NCBI GenBank assembly: GCA_965200315.1
Contig: OZ241362.1
Coordinates: forward strand, 1,248,001 to 1,312,000
Direction of reading: 5' to 3'
DNA: 64,000 bases
Source: Candidatus Latescibacterota bacterium
GTDB taxonomy: Bacteria; Latescibacterota; UBA2968; UBA8231
Of the stretch, positions 36,753-45,837 are shown in pieces. The notes beneath the pieces are model-generated. The model searched no databases. It was not told the DNA's origin and saw only the letters and a list, made by a program, of their open reading frames with translations. The translations under genes were made by a program, and so were the position numbers. Positions within the stretch are counted from its first letter, which is position 1. Each line of letters begins with the position of its first letter.

Positions 36753-39008
36753 TTAGTACGCCACCCCAACAACCCCGATTTCCCTCACTTGGCCCGTACC
36801 TGCTTGCAGGGAGACGCTAAAAGCATAGTGCCCCGGTGGCACGTACACGCCGTCGTCGTCCCGCCCATCCCAAGGCTGGGCAAAGCGGCCGCTGATGGCC
36901 TCGCTATCGACTAAGGCCCGGACCAGGCGGCCGGACAGATCGAAAATCGAGACTTCCACCGGCGAGGGCCGCGCGATATTGGTGATGTCGTACTGGATGA
37001 GAACGCGGTCGTTGGCCCCGTCGCCGTTGGGCGTAAATACGGGCGAATTCACGGCCACATTGGCCAAGAGTTCTTTGCTGATGGGCACGGCCACCGAAAG
37101 GTTTTCATCTATCGGCGTACCCACCGGCTGGAGGTCGGAGTCGGCAAAGCCAGACAGGCTCAAGTCGGCCGCATTGCCGGCCACAACGCCCTGCCCGATG
37201 GTCGTTTCGACCGAGCGGTTGAAGGCGCGGCCAACAAAGGTCGTGCCAAAGCGCAGCACCCCATTGTCAAACTCCACCTCCAAGACCGTCCCGTCCTCTT
37301 CTATGAGCGGAAAAGAAATGACAAAGCGGTCATCGTGTACTTCATCGATAGAGATGCTATTGCTGGCTTGGGGCAAATTTGCCAACGACGCGCCGGAAAA
37401 ATCCGCCTCTTGCACCGCGCCGCCGGGCCGCTGGATCCGCACGCGCCCGATGGCCTCGACGCGCAAAGGGGTCTCTATCTCAAAGGCGTCAAACCCGCGC
37501 TGCTGACCAGAGGACTTGTTGAGTACCGCGTACAGAAACCGAGTGTTCTTCCCCACGGCCGCCGAGCGCGGCGAGATCTCGGCAATCAACTCTTGGGCAA
37601 AGGGCGGCGAAATCACGTCAAAAGCCAAGCCGCCAACAACGGCTGCGGACTCAAAGTCGTCGCTAAAAAAATCAATGGAAAACTGGAAGTAGCGCCGGGG
37701 GCCAGGCGAGGTAATGGGGACGCCAGCACCGTCTATTGAGATCTGGTCTTGGCCGACGATGCCGGCCGCCAAATAGGGAGGTGACCAGCCGCTCCAGTTG
37801 TTGACATCGTCGCGGATACCCCCTTTGTCCTCGCCCCGCAGCGCGCTGTAACCGGCCTCGTCGAGGGTGACGAGAGCTTGCTGGTCCAGCGGCAAATCCT
37901 TGAACACCCCAAGTGCCTCGCGCACATCTACTTCGTCGTTGTCCAGCACGTCTTCGACCAAGGTTTTTAGAGCCTCATCGTCTACATCCTCGGCCCTCTT
38001 CCACGGCACCTCCACATTGGCCGTCGAGGTGCCGGACCGATTGCCGGCTTGGGCACCGCCGCCCACGCGGAAGATGCGCTCGCCCGGGCGGACCTTGTTG
38101 AATTCGACCGGGTTGGAATCCACGCCCGTGCGTGTGCGAATCTGCAAGCTAGACAGGTTTGCGTCGCCTTCCGCGTCTTGGATCCAACGCAAATTGCCGA
38201 ACAGGGCCAAGTCGCCAAAGTCGAAAATGTTGGACACATAGCTCGCTTCGGGCACAAAGCCCGTGCCGAAAATCTGGAACTCGGCCATGTCGAAACCGGC
38301 CGCAGTCAGAACCTTCAGCCGCACGAACCGCACGTATTGCGGCGGGATGCGCACGTCCACCACGGATAAGTCGTTTTGGGTCTCGACCGCGACAGTTTGC
38401 AAAATCGGTACGCCTTCAAAGGAGTTTTCCGGCGTACCGTCATTGATAAAAATCTCATATCCCCGCAAAAATTCGTTTTGGAAGGGAAATTCTACCGAGG
38501 GAAAACCTGGGTCGCCGTTGCGCGGAAAGAATTTGAAGCGGTTGAGGCCAAAGCGAGCGCCGAGATCCAAGTCGATGATCAGTCCCAGTACTCGGGCGCT
38601 TTGGGTGCCCCCAGAAGCGCGCATGTCCAAAGCCGTGTCGCCATCGTCGTCGATCAAATTGGCCAAAGCCGCGCTAATGGAGCGATTGTTCGGCGACTCA
38701 ATGCTGCCGCCGCGCAACGGCGAGTTAATGCCGACCGCTATGTTGCGGGTGGTATCGGCGCGCTGGGGCGCGATGAAGTGGGGCCGGTTCTCGGGATCAA
38801 AGTCGATAACGCCTCCAGGGGCGTTGGTTTTTTCGATCGCCGTCGCGCTGCGGATGACCACGGCTGGGAGATCGCCTCCACCGCTTTCCCAACTCAAGCC
38901 CTCTTCACCGCCAATGATTAAGACTTCCGCAACCGCTAATTTTCCCATCGCGAAAGCGGCGAGCAAGACGCCGCCTACGAAGCAAGCAAATCGAGAAGCT
39001 GTTCGCAT
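36753..39008 (-). CDS. Exported protein with C-terminal FTPNGDG/FlgD-Ig domain (paralog 4)
   Basis: Signal peptide; IDLDLGARFGLNRFKFFPR, MAEFQIFGTGF; FTPNGDGAND...IFDLSGR...WDGRD; ends VGVAY. Confidence 0.8.
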   Translation of the reverse strand: MRTASRFACFVGGVLLAAFAMGKLAVAEVLIIGGEEGLSWESGGGDLPAVVIRSATAIEKTNAPGGVIDFDPENRPHFIAPQRADTTRNIAVGINSPLRGGSIESPNNRSISAALANLIDDDGDTALDMRASGGTQSARVLGLIIDLDLGARFGLNRFKFFPRNGDPGFPSVEFPFQNEFLRGYEIFINDGTPENSFEGVPILQTVAVETQNDLSVVDVRIPPQYVRFVRLKVLTAAGFDMAEFQIFGTGFVPEASYVSNIFDFGDLALFGNLRWIQDAEGDANLSSLQIRTRTGVDSNPVEFNKVRPGERIFRVGGGAQAGNRSGTSTANVEVPWKRAEDVDDEALKTLVEDVLDNDEVDVREALGVFKDLPLDQQALVTLDEAGYSALRGEDKGGIRDDVNNWSGWSPPYLAAGIVGQDQISIDGAGVPITSPGPRRYFQFSIDFFSDDFESAAVVGGLAFDVISPPFAQELIAEISPRSAAVGKNTRFLYAVLNKSSGQQRGFDAFEIETPLRVEAIGRVRIQRPGGAVQEADFSGASLANLPQASNSISIDEVHDDRFVISFPLIEEDGTVLEVEFDNGVLRFGTTFVGRAFNRSVETTIGQGVVAGNAADLSLSGFADSDLQPVGTPIDENLSVAVPISKELLANVAVNSPVFTPNGDGANDRVLIQYDITNIARPSPVEVSIFDLSGRLVRALVDSEAISGRFAQPWDGRDDDGVYVPPGHYAFSVSLQAGTGQVREIGVVGVAY

Positions 39009-39148
39009 AAACCAACTCTAATAGGGTAGTGAACGTAGAGCATTCCACAGCACTAACGCCCGCTGCATTGTTGCCCAAAAATCCGTCAAATCCTACATTA
39101 ACTGCCCGTTAAATAAGCGAATAGTACCCACTAGAGCAAGAATTTTCA

Positions 39149-40840
39149 ATGACCGCGACCCAGCCTTTTATCCGCCCGTTCCTGTGTCTCGCAGCCCTTT
39201 TCCTCGCGTCCTGCACCAGCCAACCCGACCAGCCCGAAGCGCGCGATGTCGTCTTGGCGACCGTAGCCGGCAGCCCCATCACCCTCGCCGCCTTCACCGA
39301 GTTTAGCGCACTCATCCCAGCGGGCATGAAAAAGGGCGATACCCCGCTCGCCAAGAACCGCCAAGTCCTCAACAGCTTGATCGACAAGCGACTTTTGCTC
39401 ACCGAGGCCGAGGCCCTTCAGCTAGCCGCCGACCCCGCGCTCCAAGCCGAGCTGGCCTTTTTCACCCAAAACCTCTTGCTCGACTTGTACACCCATCGCG
39501 AAATTTCCCAAAAGATTGCAGTGTCAGACGAAGAGCTGGAAGCGCACTATCGCGCCACGCACCGCGACCGCGCCCTCCGCTTTAGCGGCATCATGCTAGA
39601 GACCCGCGAAGAAGCCGAGGAAGTTTTGCAGGCCGTGGCCGACGGGGCCCAGTTCATGGAGCTGGCCAAGGGGCGTTCTCTGCACCGCGACAGCGGCGAG
39701 CAGGGCGGCGACGTGGGGGGCTACAAGCTCAAGGACAAGGTCCTGCCGGCCATTGCCGAAGCGATCTTCCCCCTCGCCGTGGGCGAGGTATCCGAACCCA
39801 TTCGCTTCCAGTTTGCCGGCAAGCCCCACTACACGGTCTTTCAGGTCACCGATGAGATGCCGCTGCCCCTTGCCGCTTCCGAGCACAAGGTGCGGGAGGA
39901 AGTTTTTGGCCGCAAGCGGGCCGCCCGCTACCAAGCCCTCCTCGACTCGCTCAAAGGGGCGTACGGCCCCGAGCTACGCCCCGAGCCGATCCGCGCCCTC
40001 AACCAGCACAGCCGGCAGGCCGAAGGCGATCTGTACGCCCTGCCGGCCGCAGTGCGCGACGAGCCGCTCGTCTCCTTTCGCGGCGGCCAAATCAGTGGCC
40101 ACGAGTTCATGCAGATGGCGCGGCAAATGCGCGCCGGCCGGCCGGAACTGGCCGACTCCGCTCGCGTCGTCTTTCTCCTCGAAACCGCGATCATTCCGGC
40201 CTTCCTCTTTGCCGCCGAGGCCCGGGGCCACGGCCTAGAACAAGACCCCCACCTCCAGCAGCGCGTCCGCGACAAGCGAGACGACCTGCTCCTCAACGCC
40301 CTGCGGCAGCGCTACGTCGATCAGCACATCACAGCCACCCCAGAAGAAGCCCGCGCCTTCTACGACAGGCACCCGGAAAAATTCACCGCGCCGCTGACGA
40401 CCGAAGTGGTAGAAATTCTCGCGTCTTCCGACTCGTTGGCCCAGCGGCTCAAGCGCACACTCCTCGCCGGGGCCGACCCCGCGCCTTTGGCTCGCGCCCA
40501 CACCCTCCGCCCCGGGGCCGACCACCACGACGGGCACCTGACCCTCAGCCCCTACACCAAGGCGTACTATCAGGGCATCTACGACTTGGCGCATTCTCTG
40601 CCCGTCGGCCAAGTCGGCGGCCCCGTGCAGGTGCAGGGTGGATACTCGGTCTTCAAGGTCCTCGACCGCCATCAGAAAAAGCATCCCTACGACGCCACAT
40701 CCCGTCGCCGCGCCACGGCTTACATCAAGATCGACAAGTCCAAGCGCGGCTACGTGCGCTATGTGCGCGGCCTGCGCGAGCAGCACCCGGTTGAGGAGTT
40801 TGCAGACGCAATAGAACGCGCCCTCGGCGCACCTAATTGA
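39149..40840 (+). CDS. Parvulin-type peptidyl-prolyl isomerase/chaperone lipoprotein (SurA/PrsA-like, two rotamase domains)
   Basis: LASC lipobox; F.ELAK.RS.....QGGDVG and L.VGEVSEPI; second domain L.VGQVGGPV...GYSVFKV. Confidence 0.85.
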   Translation: MTATQPFIRPFLCLAALFLASCTSQPDQPEARDVVLATVAGSPITLAAFTEFSALIPAGMKKGDTPLAKNRQVLNSLIDKRLLLTEAEALQLAADPALQAELAFFTQNLLLDLYTHREISQKIAVSDEELEAHYRATHRDRALRFSGIMLETREEAEEVLQAVADGAQFMELAKGRSLHRDSGEQGGDVGGYKLKDKVLPAIAEAIFPLAVGEVSEPIRFQFAGKPHYTVFQVTDEMPLPLAASEHKVREEVFGRKRAARYQALLDSLKGAYGPELRPEPIRALNQHSRQAEGDLYALPAAVRDEPLVSFRGGQISGHEFMQMARQMRAGRPELADSARVVFLLETAIIPAFLFAAEARGHGLEQDPHLQQRVRDKRDDLLLNALRQRYVDQHITATPEEARAFYDRHPEKFTAPLTTEVVEILASSDSLAQRLKRTLLAGADPAPLARAHTLRPGADHHDGHLTLSPYTKAYYQGIYDLAHSLPVGQVGGPVQVQGGYSVFKVLDRHQKKHPYDATSRRRATAYIKIDKSKRGYVRYVRGLREQHPVEEFADAIERALGAPN

Positions 40841-42291
40841 AATTGCGCTGGGCCGTGCTCCTGCTCTTGTTGCTCGCTTGGGGCTGCGCCCGCGACGACC
40901 TCCTTCTCGCCGAGGGCCAGCAGCACTTCTACAATCGAGAGTACCAAGCCGCGATTGAGGTCTTGCAGCGAGCCGTACAACGCCCGTCTCCATCGCGAGT
41001 CGCCTATCGCTATCTAGGACGTTGCTACCTCCAAGTCGGTCAGTACGAACAAGCGCGGAAAACAGTGCGCACCGGCCTAGCCCTATCCCCCAACGACCCG
41101 GAACTCTACGACCTGCTCGGTGCCATTGAGATGACCCGCGCATTCGCCGAGGCCCGCTACAGCGATACCGACGCGGCCCTGCACGCCTTCCAACGGGCCA
41201 TTGAACTCGACCCGCATCGCGCCACCACCCACTACAACCTCGGCCTCGTGTATAGCTACCGCGACAGCGCACACCGCGCCGAGCGCACGTATCTGGCCGC
41301 CTTGCGGGTGGATTCCACACTCGCGCCAGCCCACAAGAAGCTGGGCCTGTACTACCGACGACAAGGTGCTTTAGAACAAGCCCTAAGTCACCTACAACGC
41401 GCCGTGCAGTACGCGCCAGAAGACGCCGAAGCGCATTTCCACCGCGGCTTGCTGCTCCGCGCTCAAGGGCACTACGACCAAGCCGTAGAGGCCCTAGAGC
41501 GGGCCGCCGCGCTCAACCCCTATTCGCCCCAAGTCCACTTCAATCTGTCCCAACTCTATTTGCGCACCGGGCAGCGCGAACAGGGAAAAAGAGCCTTGGC
41601 GCGCTCGGAAATCCTCCGTCAGCACCACCGGGGCATCGGCTCGGAGCAATCCCCGCCCGAGGTGGGCGCGGTGGCCATCGGCTCGGCCACGGCCCGCTAC
41701 AACCTCGCCCTGCATCTCGCCCTGCAAGGCCATTACGACCAAGCCATCCTCGAATATCAAAACGCCCTCGCCATCAACCCGGAACTAAAAGACGCGCACA
41801 GCAGCCTAGGCGTCCTCTTCACCTATCAGGGCGATCTAGTCGCCGCAGCCGCGAGCTTTCGCCAAGCCCTCGCCCTCGACAAAGAAGACCCGCTCAGCCA
41901 CGCTCGGCTGGGAATGACTCTCCTCAAGCAGCAACTCTATGAGGAGGCTCGGGCCAGCCTTTGGCGCGCCGCCGCACTCGACTCTAGCTTGCACGAGGCC
42001 GCCTACGGACTCGGCTTGGCCGCGGCTCGCACGGGCGATTTGGCCGCGGCTATCGTCCACTTTGACGAGGCGGCCCGGCTCAGCCCCACTAGCGCCTCAG
42101 CCCAGTTAAACCTCGGGGTGGCATACGCGAAATTGGACAAATTCGACGAGGCCGCCCGCGCCTATGCCCGTGCCGTCGAGTTGGATCCAGCCAATGACCG
42201 CGCCCATCTCTACCTCAGCGACGCATACCAACAATTGGGACACCTGCAAAAAAGCCGAGCACACCGCGAAAAGGCGCGGCAGCTACCGTAG
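40837..42291 (+). CDS. TPR-repeat lipoprotein
   Basis: AWGC lipobox; about 11 TPR motifs (e.g. HYNLGLVY, AHFHRGLL, AQLNLGVAY). Confidence 0.85.
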   Translation: MKLRWAVLLLLLLAWGCARDDLLLAEGQQHFYNREYQAAIEVLQRAVQRPSPSRVAYRYLGRCYLQVGQYEQARKTVRTGLALSPNDPELYDLLGAIEMTRAFAEARYSDTDAALHAFQRAIELDPHRATTHYNLGLVYSYRDSAHRAERTYLAALRVDSTLAPAHKKLGLYYRRQGALEQALSHLQRAVQYAPEDAEAHFHRGLLLRAQGHYDQAVEALERAAALNPYSPQVHFNLSQLYLRTGQREQGKRALARSEILRQHHRGIGSEQSPPEVGAVAIGSATARYNLALHLALQGHYDQAILEYQNALAINPELKDAHSSLGVLFTYQGDLVAAAASFRQALALDKEDPLSHARLGMTLLKQQLYEEARASLWRAAALDSSLHEAAYGLGLAAARTGDLAAAIVHFDEAARLSPTSASAQLNLGVAYAKLDKFDEAARAYARAVELDPANDRAHLYLSDAYQQLGHLQKSRAHREKARQLP

Positions 42292-42295
42292 TCCC

Positions 42296-44200
42296 GTGTC
42301 GTATCAATGCACCCTCTACTGGGCGGCCTGCTACCTTGCGATGGCCCTCCCAGCTCACGCGCTCACCATCTATCGCATCGGCGGGGCCGACTTGCCCAAA
42401 CCGGAGTTGGAAGCCGAGTACGAATTCGTGCAGCTATCGTGGGAAGCCGTCGATCCCAACCAGCACGGCTTGGCCCAATGGATCGCGCTGCAGCCAGAAC
42501 GCATCGGTCCATTGTCGCTAACGCCCTCGGTCAACTTGGCACCACTCGTGGAGTCCCTCGGTGGCCGCATCCTCATCTTAGAGTGGAACGGCTGGCGGGA
42601 GTGGTACGAAGACGACATCCTGATCTTCGACGGCGACCCGGAAACCGCTTATCTGGGAGATGGGCGCTATCTCCGCGTCGTCGGCTATGGGCCCCAGCGC
42701 AAGTACTGGGTCTTCGACTTTGGGGGGCGGTTTTTCGTCGATCGCGTACGCTTTTACCCGCGCCCGCGCTTTGCGGCGACCCGCTTTGTCGAGAGCTTCA
42801 TCTTGGGTACCAGCGACGGGGATCCCCTCACTGACGGCACCCGCGAGTACGCGGTTAGCTGGCGCAACAGCACACTCGACTTCGACATCGTCCACCGCGT
42901 ACGCGAGAACACCCAAGCTGTCATGGAGTTGGCCCTGCCCGATGAACCCATTCAGCAGGTGTTCATCGAGCTACCCGAAAACAGCCGCGGCATCTGGGAA
43001 ATCGCCGAGTTCGAGATCTACGGCACCGGACCGGCCGCCTTTTCCCGCTACACATCCAATATCATCGACTTGGGCCGACCGGCCGCCTTGGGCGCATTGA
43101 CTTGGGACGGCCACGTCGACGCTGAGGCCCGCATTGAGCTAAGTGTACGCACGGGCGACGACGACGACCCCAACACCTATTGGCGACGTACGTTCCGCGG
43201 CACTGAGCTTACCCGCTTCGACGCCGCTGGCCAGCCGCTTACCTTGGGGACGTACAACCGCCTACAAAAGGGCGAGCAGGCCGGCCTTTCCCCAGACATT
43301 GAGGACTGGAACTTCTGGAACGCGCCCTTTGCCTTTGCCGCAGGTCGCGGGCCAATGCCGGTCGATCAGCTGCGCCGCTACGCGCAATTTAGGGCCGAAT
43401 TCCACTCGACCGCCGAGGCCACCGGCCACCTCGCGTACTTGCAATTCAGTGCGTCCATCCCACCACCGGCCTCCCAAGCCCTCGGGCAAATCCACCCGCT
43501 GCAAGTCCCCGCCCTGACCCCGACACTCTTTACCTTCTGCCTAGAGCCGCATATCGCAGCCGACGACCTCGGATTCGACCACCTAGCCATCGCCACCACC
43601 GCACAGGTGCAGGCCGTGCAGGCCGTGCGGGTCGGCGGGGTGGATGTCGCCTATACTATCGCACAGCACCCGGCCGAGGGGTTTGAAGTCGCGCTGCCGC
43701 GCATGGACCAGCAGCGGACCAGCGAGCAGGTCGAGGTCGATTTCCGCGCCGAGGTATTCGCGTACAGCACTCGCTTTGCAGGGCGAATCCGCGACAGCAC
43801 CCGCCCGTTTGAAGTCGCCCAGCCCGTAACCCCAAAGGCGACCAACAGCCTGCAGGTGGCTTTACTCAGCCTAGACCAGCCACTCATCGGCCGCCTCACC
43901 CTGCACCCGGCGATATTCACCCCCAACGGCGACGGCCGCAACGACGCCGTGCGGATTGAATACGACCTCCTGTATATAGTGGATGCGATTCAAGTGGAAC
44001 TTGTGGTCTTCGACCTCGCCGGCCGCACGGTGGGGGTCATCCACGCCGGGCCTGCCACTAGTGGCCGCTTTGTGGTCGAGTGGGACGGCCGCACCCCCAG
44101 CGGGCACCTCGTGCCGCCGGGGTCCTACCTCGTCCGCCTCATCGCAGAAACCGACCGCGGCCAACAGCAACGCCAAAGCCTCGTCTCGGTCGTCTATTGA
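42296..44200 (+). CDS. Exported protein with C-terminal FTPNGDG/FlgD-Ig domain (paralog 5)
   Basis: Probable GTG at 42296 (start uncertain); AHA|LTIYRIGG; colinear with paralogs 2 and 3; ends VSVVY. Confidence 0.78.
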   Translation: MSYQCTLYWAACYLAMALPAHALTIYRIGGADLPKPELEAEYEFVQLSWEAVDPNQHGLAQWIALQPERIGPLSLTPSVNLAPLVESLGGRILILEWNGWREWYEDDILIFDGDPETAYLGDGRYLRVVGYGPQRKYWVFDFGGRFFVDRVRFYPRPRFAATRFVESFILGTSDGDPLTDGTREYAVSWRNSTLDFDIVHRVRENTQAVMELALPDEPIQQVFIELPENSRGIWEIAEFEIYGTGPAAFSRYTSNIIDLGRPAALGALTWDGHVDAEARIELSVRTGDDDDPNTYWRRTFRGTELTRFDAAGQPLTLGTYNRLQKGEQAGLSPDIEDWNFWNAPFAFAAGRGPMPVDQLRRYAQFRAEFHSTAEATGHLAYLQFSASIPPPASQALGQIHPLQVPALTPTLFTFCLEPHIAADDLGFDHLAIATTAQVQAVQAVRVGGVDVAYTIAQHPAEGFEVALPRMDQQRTSEQVEVDFRAEVFAYSTRFAGRIRDSTRPFEVAQPVTPKATNSLQVALLSLDQPLIGRLTLHPAIFTPNGDGRNDAVRIEYDLLYIVDAIQVELVVFDLAGRTVGVIHAGPATSGRFVVEWDGRTPSGHLVPPGSYLVRLIAETDRGQQQRQSLVSVVY

Positions 44201-45837
44201 CGCGGCTCCACGACGGTCAGGACCTGGTCGGCGGCAAGGTCGCTGAGCACCTGAACCGCGCCGCTGGGCCAGCGCACTTCGAGCCGGTCCACGCGCTCGG
44301 CCCGGCCCAGGCCAAAGTGCAGCCGCAAATCGCTGTGCGACAAATAGCTTCCCCCGCTTTGCACCTCGGCGTGCTGACTCTGCCCGCCGGCCCTAACGAT
44401 CACCCGCGCACCAATCCCGTCGCGGTTGCTCGCCGTGCCCACCGCACACACCAACAGGTAGTGATTGCCGTGGCCGCCGTCGTTGCGCAAGAGGGCTGGC
44501 GGGCCGTTGAGATTGAGGACGAATAAGTCGATGTCGCCATCGCTGTCGTAGTCGGCAAAACTGGTACCGCGACTGACGCGGCGCAAGGCAAAGCCCGGAC
44601 CAGCTTCGGCCGATACCTCCACCAGCCGCCCGCCCCTATTTTCAAACAGGGAGTTGGCTTGTTTGTAGCTGGAATTGACCCTCGGCAGGTCAGCCTGCGG
44701 GTACGTGTGGCCGTTGGCCGCGAAAAGATCGCGGTCGCCGTCGTTGTCGTAGTCGAAAAAGCCCGTGCCCCACGAGACCAATTCGGCCGGTGCCGCCCCG
44801 ATCCCGGCGGCAAAAGACACATCGGCAAAAAAGCCTCCGCCCTCGTTCCTGTACAGCGCGTTGTACTCATCGGCGAAATTGGTGACGAAAAGGTCGAATA
44901 AGCCGTCGTTGTCGTAATCGCCCCAAGCGGCCCCCATGCAGCCTTGCGTCACTCCTTCCCCGCTGTACGCCACCCCGGCCATGAGTGCCTCCTCGGCAAA
45001 GCGACCGTCCCGGCGATTGCGAAAAAGCAGGTTGGGCGTGGAGTCGTTGGCCACGATCACGTCGGGCCACCCGTCGTTGTCAAAGTCGCCGAACAGGGCA
45101 CTCATGCCGTAGAACTTTTCGCCCTGCAGCCCGGCCTGTTGCGTCCACTCGGAGAACGTCCCGTCGCCGTTGTTGCGGTAAAACACATCGGCGGCCGGCA
45201 GCAGGCCCACCGGCCCACAGTACACCTTCACGTTCTTCCACAGGCAGGGGATTGGGGATTCGTAGTCGCGGGAAAAATCTACGTAATTGGCCACGTACAA
45301 ATCCACGTCGCCGTCGCGGTCGTAATCCCCAAAGCTCGCGCCCGTGCCCCACCCGGTATCGCCCACGCCAGCCTCCGTGGTCACATCGGCAAAACGACCC
45401 GCACCGCGATTGCGATATAAAGTATTGCGGCCAAAGTTGGTAACGTACAGGTCTGTGTGCCCGTCGTTGTCGTAATCGGCGGCCGCGCAGCCCATTGACC
45501 AGCTCGTATCGCCCACGCCAGCGGCAACCGTCACATCGGCAAAGCGACCGTTGTCGTTGCGGTAGAGCTGGTTGGCCGGATGCTCGCCCGCGGCAAAGCC
45601 GGCAAAGGAAGAGCCATTGGCCACGTACAAATCCACGTCGCCATCGCGGTCGTAATCGAAAAAGGCGGCACCGCCCATCATCCCCTCGACTATGTAGCTT
45701 TGGTCCGTACCCGAGACATTGGGCTGCATCAGACCAGCGGCCGCCGCCCGATCGACGAATTGCACCGCGAGCGGCTCGCTCCACCCGCTAGCCGCCCCGA
45801 CGAGGCACCCGACCGCGCACCATATCAACGCGCCCAC
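44194..45837 (-). CDS. CRTAC1-family protein (FG-GAP/VCBS repeats plus ASPIC-UnbV domain)
   Basis: Repeated DYDxDGxxDLYVxN; YCGP; C-terminal GIGARV...GGSYLS.SD.RLHFGLG...V.WPSG. GTG start overlaps the upstream TAG. Confidence 0.9.
   Translation of the reverse strand: MGALIWCAVGCLVGAASGWSEPLAVQFVDRAAAAGLMQPNVSGTDQSYIVEGMMGGAAFFDYDRDGDVDLYVANGSSFAGFAAGEHPANQLYRNDNGRFADVTVAAGVGDTSWSMGCAAADYDNDGHTDLYVTNFGRNTLYRNRGAGRFADVTTEAGVGDTGWGTGASFGDYDRDGDVDLYVANYVDFSRDYESPIPCLWKNVKVYCGPVGLLPAADVFYRNNGDGTFSEWTQQAGLQGEKFYGMSALFGDFDNDGWPDVIVANDSTPNLLFRNRRDGRFAEEALMAGVAYSGEGVTQGCMGAAWGDYDNDGLFDLFVTNFADEYNALYRNEGGGFFADVSFAAGIGAAPAELVSWGTGFFDYDNDGDRDLFAANGHTYPQADLPRVNSSYKQANSLFENRGGRLVEVSAEAGPGFALRRVSRGTSFADYDSDGDIDLFVLNLNGPPALLRNDGGHGNHYLLVCAVGTASNRDGIGARVIVRAGGQSQHAEVQSGGSYLSHSDLRLHFGLGRAERVDRLEVRWPSGAVQVLSDLAADQVLTVVEPRQ

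Noticed and set aside
21566-44200. Diversity-generating retroelement acting on the paralog array
   Set aside because: No reverse transcriptase and no template/variable repeat pair differing only at adenines; the shared tracts lie mid-gene within long colinear paralogs.
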